64,000 bases of DNA, from contig JBLWGC010000109.1 in the NCBI GenBank assembly GCA_048772705.1, forward strand, positions 321,217 to 385,216. The letters are read 5' to 3'. The notes under the pieces were generated by a model, which saw only the letters and a list, made by a program, of their open reading frames with translations, was not told the DNA's origin and ran no database searches. Shown piece by piece: positions 57,356 to 64,000 of the stretch; positions within the stretch are counted from its first letter, which is position 1, and each line of letters starts with the position of its first letter. Origin of the DNA: Leidyana gryllorum EB-2025a. Its lineage: Eukaryota; Protista; Apicomplexa. The position numbers and the translations under genes were made by a program.

Positions 57356-59194
57356 ATCTGCGACCTTCAGATACGAAAACACTGCCCTACGGCTGACTCC
57401 AACACGGTGACTAAAACTAACAGTTCAAATACATTACTGCCCAATCTCACTATCCAAAGTCTTCGGGACCCCCCCCATTCCAGTCTTCTCAGCCGTCAGC
57501 GCTCTTATTGAAATTCTCTGTGCACAATTGCTGTCGTTGGAAAGTCGCTGGAGGAGAGAAGAATGGACTTCGCGATCCAAAGCAGACTCCAACATTGACA
57601 CTGCTTCCAGCCGTTGCTCCCAAAACTTAGTACCTGAGTCCGAGCCATTCCGCGAGTGGTCAGCCGACCGACACGGCGCCCATCTGTTCTCTAACCCCTC
57701 GAAGGGCATTCGTTTTTCATCAAAGGTCCCAATGGGGTCAACAGAGTGGGACTTCTCTACAAGTGGATCCAAAAAGAGACCGATTTCCGATTCCTTAGTT
57801 AGAGCTTTTCCGCTTTTAGGCTTTCAGGTGGCAGCACTAAGAAGTTGCAGTGCATTCCTGGGTTCGTGTACTCATCAAGTTGCGGCAATCTATGATTTGG
57901 CGCTTCAATTTGGACCTGCTGGAAACAGTCTCTTCTCCGTAACCATAACATTTCGCTCTTTTCTACACAGATTAGTCGGGCTTAAGCAAACGGGGAAATT
58001 GCTCTGGTCGGCCGAACCGCCGATGGGAAGCCAAAGCATTCACCACCCTTCGAAGCTCAGTTGTGAATGAAGACAGCTGGTCCCGGAGAGGGGTGGGCTG
58101 TGTGTTCTGCCTCTTTTGGCGCGCTCTTTGGCTGCTGCCCGATCGACTCCTTAAACCCCTACCGCGCCACGGGCAGCTTAGCCCCGAAAGTATTCGAGTC
58201 TATCAAAGAAGACTCGGATTGCATTCTTATCTCAGACGATTCCTCACCGACGGTCAACGACGGGCGCTCAAGACTACTTTACGAGCAGTCTCCCGCCAAG
58301 CACATCTATCTCTGCTTTAGATGCAAAACCAACCACAACCTTTGTTGGAGGCCACCAATTGGCAATGTTGCAGCCTGAAATGTATGCACCCAATGTTCAC
58401 TGGTTCGTCCTTCGCCCCGACTTAGGTAGAAGAAAACACTTCTCAATGCTCATTACTCAATCTTCGATCTTCAACACCTTTTCCCTATGTTAGACTAATC
58501 CTCATCAACAGCTATAGCAACAGCGCAGCGGGCGCTGTGTGAGCTGACTTTGTTCTTATGGCGGGTAGCTGCTTGGAGATGAGCGTCTAGCTACCATCGG
58601 GTGGGTCGTTCTGGTTTCGGAAGGTTCAAACACACGTGTTTGTAAGTTAGCCGGACTCCTGTGAGCCCGGGAGGCTTTCAGTTAGAGGCGCGCTGCGCGT
58701 GTCGCACTACCCCAAGCTATCCTTATCACTACGACATTCGTATGTGCAGCGTCAAGCGGGCGTCTCTGGGATATCGGCGGACGCGTGGGGTCCGCTGAAG
58801 TGAGGACACAAACGTTCGCTTATAAACGAAGATTGGTGAGCGATGTGCCCGAGTGCGATCGAGGAGACAAGGGTATGTGTCTACTCCAAAACACCCTGAG
58901 GGACGATCAGTTTAGGCCTTTGTTAGCGCTTCAGACGGAGGTTAGCCAACTCCGACCGAGCGACTCTAGGAAAAGGGCAGGAGCTGTTCTGGAAGTTCAC
59001 ACGTGTTTTGGAAGTTCACACGTGTTCAGTCAGATTTGCTCCACATCGCGAGTGGGGGTTCAGGTGGGAGGATATTGATAATTTGATAATGTGCAGCCGT
59101 TAGGGGCCAGTGGGAAAAAACTACAGACAGTTAGTTCATGACGCACAAGCCGGGAACGGCATTATAATGATAATTGGATAGAGTCAGAAATGAA

Positions 59195-60580
59195 TTAAAA
59201 GAGGCCTTGATCGAACATAGAGTCAGCAACCTTAACGAAACCGGCGATGTTAGCCCCCATCTGGAGGTCATCGGGAGTTCCGTATTTCTTGGCTGCGTTA
59301 GTGGCTTCAGTGTAGATGTGGACCATAATGTCACGAAGTTTGGAATCAACCTCCTCGCGAGTCCAGTTAGTTCTCATGGAGTTTTGAGCCATCTCCAAGC
59401 CGCTGACAGCAACGCCACCGGCGTTAGCTGCCTTGCCGGGGCAGTATCTTACGCCGTTCTCCTTGTAGACCTTGATGGCCTCGGGAGTGGACGGCATGTT
59501 GGCAACCTCAACAACGGCAATGCAGCCGTTGGACGCAAGGGTCTTGGCCTCCTCGCCAGAGATCTCGTTCTGGGTGGCAGAGGGGAAGGCGAGCTGAGCC
59601 TTGAAGGTCCAAGGCTTAGCACCAGCGTGGTACTCGCCGGTGTTGGTCTGGAGCTCGGAGAGACGGCCCCTCTTGACGTTCTTGAGGTCAAAGATGTCCT
59701 GGAGATCTCCCTTGGTCATACCGTCCTTGTAGTACATAGTGCCGTTGGAGTCAGACACAGTCAGCACCTTAGCGCCGAGCTGGATCAACTTCTCTGCAGT
59801 GTATTGCGCAGCGTTGCCCGACCCGGACACGAGGGCAGTCATGCCGTTGAAGTCTTTGCCCATGTCCTTGAGGAGACACTCGGCAAAGTACACAGCGCCG
59901 TACCCAGTAGCCTCAGGACGGATGTTAGAGCCACCCCAGTTGTTGCCTTTGCCGGTGAGAACTCCGGTGTTCTCGTTACGGATCTTACGGTACTGTCCGT
60001 AAAGGAAACCGATCTCTCGGCCACCCACACCAATGTCACCGGCTGGGACGTCAGTGTTGGGACCGATGTGCTTGGCGAGCTCAGTCATGAAGGACTGGCA
60101 GAAAGCGCGAACCTCCAAGTCAGATTTGCCCTTAGGGTCGAAATCGGAACCACCCTTGCCGCCACCCATGGCAAGACCGGTCAGAGAGTTCTTGAAGATC
60201 TGCTCGAAGCCCAGGAACTTGAGGACACCGAGGTTCACAGTGGGATGGAAACGAAGACCTCCCTTGTAGGGGCCAATCGCAGAGTTGTACTCAACACGGA
60301 AACCGCGGTTGACTTGGAGGTTACCCGCCTCATCGAACCAGGGCACACGGAACTGGATCACGCGCTCAGGCTCGCTGATGGCCTCCAAAGCAGCCAGGTA
60401 CTTGGGCTCTTTCTTCATCAGAGGAACAAGGGTCTCAACGATCTCATCCCATGCCTGGAGGTACTCAGCCTCATGAGGATTGCGACGAATCACTCCATCA
60501 CGAATGCGCTTCAACTCCGCATCCACATCCACCTTGTTGTAATCAGTGGCAGTTGCAGACTTGGTTCCGTAGATGGCCAT
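59195..60580 (-). CDS. gdhA: NADP-specific glutamate dehydrogenase (intronless)
   Basis: GPYKGGLRFHPTV, GGGKGGSDFDPKGKS, DVPAGDIGVGGREIG, RPEATGYG, SGSGNAA, PGKAANAGGVAVSGLEM. Confidence 0.97.
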   Translation of the reverse strand: MAIYGTKSATATDYNKVDVDAELKRIRDGVIRRNPHEAEYLQAWDEIVETLVPLMKKEPKYLAALEAISEPERVIQFRVPWFDEAGNLQVNRGFRVEYNSAIGPYKGGLRFHPTVNLGVLKFLGFEQIFKNSLTGLAMGGGKGGSDFDPKGKSDLEVRAFCQSFMTELAKHIGPNTDVPAGDIGVGGREIGFLYGQYRKIRNENTGVLTGKGNNWGGSNIRPEATGYGAVYFAECLLKDMGKDFNGMTALVSGSGNAAQYTAEKLIQLGAKVLTVSDSNGTMYYKDGMTKGDLQDIFDLKNVKRGRLSELQTNTGEYHAGAKPWTFKAQLAFPSATQNEISGEEAKTLASNGCIAVVEVANMPSTPEAIKVYKENGVRYCPGKAANAGGVAVSGLEMAQNSMRTNWTREEVDSKLRDIMVHIYTEATNAAKKYGTPDDLQMGANIAGFVKVADSMFDQGLF

Positions 60581-60706
60581 GTTGAGCAAGTTGTTGCAGT
60601 AACTTAGCAGTGAAGTAGAAGACTTGGAAAAAACTGTGTGATGATGTGAAATTTCACCCCCAACACTGCTAAACATCACTCTGTGTGCGCCCGATGACCC
60701 AATAGA

Positions 60707-60790
60707 TTGTGTGTGTGTGTGAAAGACTGTGTGTGTGTGTGAGAGAGAGTGTGTGTGTGAGAGAGAGAGAGAGTGTGCGGCACGAGTGTG
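60707..60790. repeat. (GT)n/(GA)n microsatellite upstream of GDH
   Basis: Directly visible repeat run. Confidence 0.9.
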
Positions 60791-60904
60791 TGGGGGTGTG
60801 AAAGTGGTCTAACTATGAATTCTAGAAGTCGGTTTCTGCGGACATGAACGATATAATTTGTGCGTGGGTCCGGCAGGGGGGTGGATTCTATCGAATCATT
60901 CGTT

Positions 60905-62236
60905 CTATAGCTCGAGTAAAGTCTTGGTGTGGTTGTTCTGCAGCTTCTTGTGAGGGTCGACGGCATGGCAGACTCGGCGAAAGTCGGGTAAGCGGTCATA
61001 GAGACTGGGCATGTCGTAGAGTTCAGTGTTGTAGTATTTGCCCCAGTGGGGTCGGCCTTTGAGCGGGGCTAGTTCAGCTTCGGCCATTCTGACAAATTCG
61101 GCTCCTTCCTCGCTGACTGAGCCATCGGCCGCATAGTAAACGACAAAGCCGAAATGGCAGACTGGCTCGCCTCCAGTGGGGCTAAGCCAGGCGTCGGAGG
61201 GGCCGGTACAACGAAGAATTATTGGGTAGTGGGTGCGTAAATGAGTACTTTGCATCATGGTAGACAGACGGACCATAGCCTCGTCAAAGTTGGAAAGAGG
61301 TACGGCTATTTCGGTGTTGATTTGACGTACTGGAATACCTTTGCACCATATATTATAGAGATCAGAATTGAGAGTTGCACTGTCCTTGAAGCGCTGTACA
61401 GTCTGGAATTGTTTGGCTGATGTGTCTTCGGTTTTGGTGTCTTCTTTGAGGTGGGCAATTTTAGCATCGATGGTGGCCTCAAAGTCTCTATCGGAGGCTT
61501 CAATCTCCTCCATCACTGCTCTGACACCGTCATCGATCTGAGCGGTTTGATGAGAGAGCCAAACGTGCGCTTGATCTTCGTCTACAAACCACCAGGCTTT
61601 TGAGTATTCAAAAGTCTGGTTCCATTTCAGGAACTCTCGTCGCAATGTGTCTGTGCTAACAGTCCGCTTCCAGCAGGTGAATTCAGCTTTGGGTCTGATT
61701 CTCAGAGTGGCTTCAGTCAAAATCCCGAGACACCCCAAACTGATTCGATAAGCCTCCATTAAGTCATCACCTTCTTCAATTTCCAGCACGGTGCCGTCCA
61801 CGCGCACAATACGCAGGTGTATTATCGTGTCCGCCAACGAGCATTGCATGAGGCCTTGCCCATGCGTGCCGGTGGAGATGGCCCCCGCCAGTGACTGCTC
61901 ACTGATAACACCCGGAGAACAATCAATCATGAACCCCAGGTCATAAAGCTCGCTGTATAAATCGGCTAGTCTCGTTCCAGTTCGCGCCCGTACAGTGTGG
62001 TCAGTCAGCTTGACGATACCGCAAAGCTCTTCCAGAGAAATAGCCCACCCTCCGGGACTCTTCAACAACGCAGTGTTGGAATATCGACTGCCAACCACTC
62101 GCACCTTATCATTCGGATGGTCTTGCAGAAAATCAATCAGCTCCTGTTCACTCGTAGGTCGGAACACAAATCCTTCTGGAGAGATCTCCGTACTCCCTTC
62201 CCAGTTAAGCATGGCTGTTGAACTGGTATGGCACAT
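60905..62236 (-). CDS. FAD-linked aldonolactone oxidase (L-gulonolactone / D-arabinono-1,4-lactone oxidase family), intronless
   Basis: FRPTSEQEL, VRVVGSRYS, SLAGAISTGTHG, SLGCLGI, EIAVP and C-terminal GRPHWGK. Confidence 0.88.
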   Translation of the reverse strand: MCHTSSTAMLNWEGSTEISPEGFVFRPTSEQELIDFLQDHPNDKVRVVGSRYSNTALLKSPGGWAISLEELCGIVKLTDHTVRARTGTRLADLYSELYDLGFMIDCSPGVISEQSLAGAISTGTHGQGLMQCSLADTIIHLRIVRVDGTVLEIEEGDDLMEAYRISLGCLGILTEATLRIRPKAEFTCWKRTVSTDTLRREFLKWNQTFEYSKAWWFVDEDQAHVWLSHQTAQIDDGVRAVMEEIEASDRDFEATIDAKIAHLKEDTKTEDTSAKQFQTVQRFKDSATLNSDLYNIWCKGIPVRQINTEIAVPLSNFDEAMVRLSTMMQSTHLRTHYPIILRCTGPSDAWLSPTGGEPVCHFGFVVYYAADGSVSEEGAEFVRMAEAELAPLKGRPHWGKYYNTELYDMPSLYDRLPDFRRVCHAVDPHKKLQNNHTKTLLEL

Positions 62237-62256
62237 TTTCTTTTCTGCCTCTAAGA

Positions 62257-64000
62257 CTACCAAATCTCTAGCCCCTCGTACTTTATCGAATCACTTATCA
62301 AAATCTCTTCAGGGGTGAGAAGCTTGCCGTCCACACCAAATACGGACAAGTATGTAGACTGAGTTCCCGATGCCTCATCTTCCGCCGAACGTAAAGCCAT
62401 TATGAACTACATGCAACCGTTCCAATTCCATCCTCCGCAACACCTTACCTTGTCATTAGTCCCCGGTACGAATTTGAAAGAACTAAACCCTCTCTCAGGA
62501 TTGTGAGTCGGGAAACCAACATCCACAACGTGTATCTCCTCGAACGTTTCAGTCGCAATCACCATCTTGTTACTACCCCTCCTCTGTACATCGTAACACA
62601 GATTGAAACCAAAACCAGTCCAATCAACACTCACCTCATCGGCCTTCTCATTATATGCCTCCTTGGACACTCTGCGGGGCAGGAAAAACCACTTTCGATA
62701 ATACGGACTCCAGTTCACAGCTTCGTGGATCAGATACCCAGGGAATTTAGTGTCAGTTGCGCTGTGAACTACAATTAACAACACCGCAACTCTTCCCACA
62801 CTTACATCCGTAGCCGCTCGTAATTGTCAGTCCAGTCTTCACGACGGTGATGCATCGTTCTACCGTCTTGAATGACTGCAACCCACAGATTTGCGGTGCT
62901 CACTATCTCCGCCCCATCAGGTGCTACAAATATTGTACCACACACGTGTGTGTGAATATCACGCGCTCACTGGTATATTCCTTGCCGAACGACCCAACGT
63001 AAAGCTCGTTATTACGTTCGCAGGCCCATTCAACTTTCATGCCTTTCGGAGAAGTGTGGCCGTCGCCTTCAGTCAAAACAGTTCGGGCCACGGGCTGCAC
63101 CTCCAGACCGTTGAGCGTATTCGTCAAGTCTGCCTGCAGACTACCTCGTGCGGCCTCCAGGATCTCTACCAAGGACGACTGGTCCTTCGTCCCCCGCAGC
63201 TTCGCGTCACCAGCACTCGTGGACTTGGCCATAATCTCAAAAACGATACCCGTCCGGTCATCGAACGCCAACAAAGTACGATTATATAGCACCAACTCAC
63301 TGTAGGAATCATTATAGCGATTGACGAGTTAGTGTGTACCTGAGCTCCATTCCTCGTCCCTCTTCAGCCATACGGCCCACTACATCCAGCGGAGCATCCC
63401 CAATCCACTCGAATTTGGGTTCGGGATGATCCTCATGCTCCATCGTGAAGCTGAGTGGTTATGGGGATAGTAGCGTCGCTTGAGGCCCACACTTACCGTC
63501 CGGTGAGAAGTTTGCTAACATACAGAGGCTTTGCGTCTGTGCCCGCCCGACTATTGGTATCCAAGCTAGCTATCATCTGCGGAGGAAGGCGGAATGAAGA
63601 ACCTCGACATGATCTTACATTTACGAAACAGGGAGATTCAGCTGTGCAAAGCGTTCGTCGACGGACTTGATACTTGGGATCAAAGGGGCGCCCTGCATCA
63701 CCTCCGAAGCCAGCTTGGGTAGCATTTGACTTCTGTTGAGTTACGATTTTCCAGACAGAGTGCGTGCCCGCGGGCAGAGGCTTGCGAACCTGTGTGGCTA
63801 TCGAGAGCGAAAGGCAAAGGAGCACTGCAGAGCGATCAAAGGGTTGGATGGGCAACTGGCCTTACATATAGTGCTAAGGAGAGTGCATAGCTTAAAGCCG
63901 CGACTTGATGTCTTCCAGTTGTGTACGCAGTGGGCGGGCAGCGATCTCACAAATCTGCGAGTCTCTGCAGATGAGGCTCGGTAATTGGTAGGGGTTTCAG
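62257..64000 (-). CDS. Calcium-activated nucleotidase (CANT1-type apyrase), multi-exon, 5' end uncertain
   Basis: GRGMELSELV, FDDRTG, GMKVEW, LYVGSFGKEY, GYLIHEAVNWS, WFFLPRR, RGFSSFKFVPGT, KYEGLEIW*. Confidence 0.9.

Noticed and set aside
58540-58790. Possible structured ncRNA (RNase MRP-like GAAAG..CCCGG on the minus strand)
   Set aside because: No matching 3' conserved region was found; an Infernal/Rfam search would be needed.
59174-60607. 477-aa antisense ORF over GDH
   Set aside because: Mirror-frame ORF expected from strong codon bias in a highly expressed gene; no motifs of its own.
1-64000. CRISPR arrays, tRNA/rRNA genes, transposons
   Set aside because: No repeat-spacer structure, RNA gene signature, transposase/RT motif or terminal repeat was seen by eye.

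Overview
Gene-dense eukaryotic DNA with GT-AG introns (about 24-140 nt) and CA/GT microsatellites. Two alveolin (IMC1-type) genes place it in the Alveolata; the compact layout suggests an apicomplexan or gregarine-like organism (inference). The first ~19 kb holds a same-strand tandem array of at least 8 paralogues. Each has an N-terminal F-box-like motif, a short LRR-like region and a ~380-aa C-terminal domain I do not recognise (motifs P[TM]PY, E[LM]LTG[RK]YT, WYxxLRxAL, SxWYLxxLxxxxFxxLxxWG). In 5 of the 7 complete copies the two modules are joined by a phase-2 intron at the same boundary. One copy is intronless and intact; another appears intronless and has a TAA where a paralogue has Gln. 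The rest of the window encodes 2 alveolins, a CDK7-like kinase head-to-head with a TAF12-like gene, Trm9/ALKBH8, a Prx5-type peroxiredoxin, a degenerate alpha-carbonic-anhydrase protein with a Ser-rich tail, Cwc21, a ZIP transporter, Nop14-like, a predicted GPI-anchored protein, alpha-SNAP, a C2/CEP76-CC2D2A-like protein, SAM synthetase, NADP-GDH, an aldonolactone oxidase and a CANT1-type apyrase. Several intergenic gaps are only 1-28 bp and many carry a shared T-run-GA element. Exon models were read by eye and need RNA-seq confirmation.
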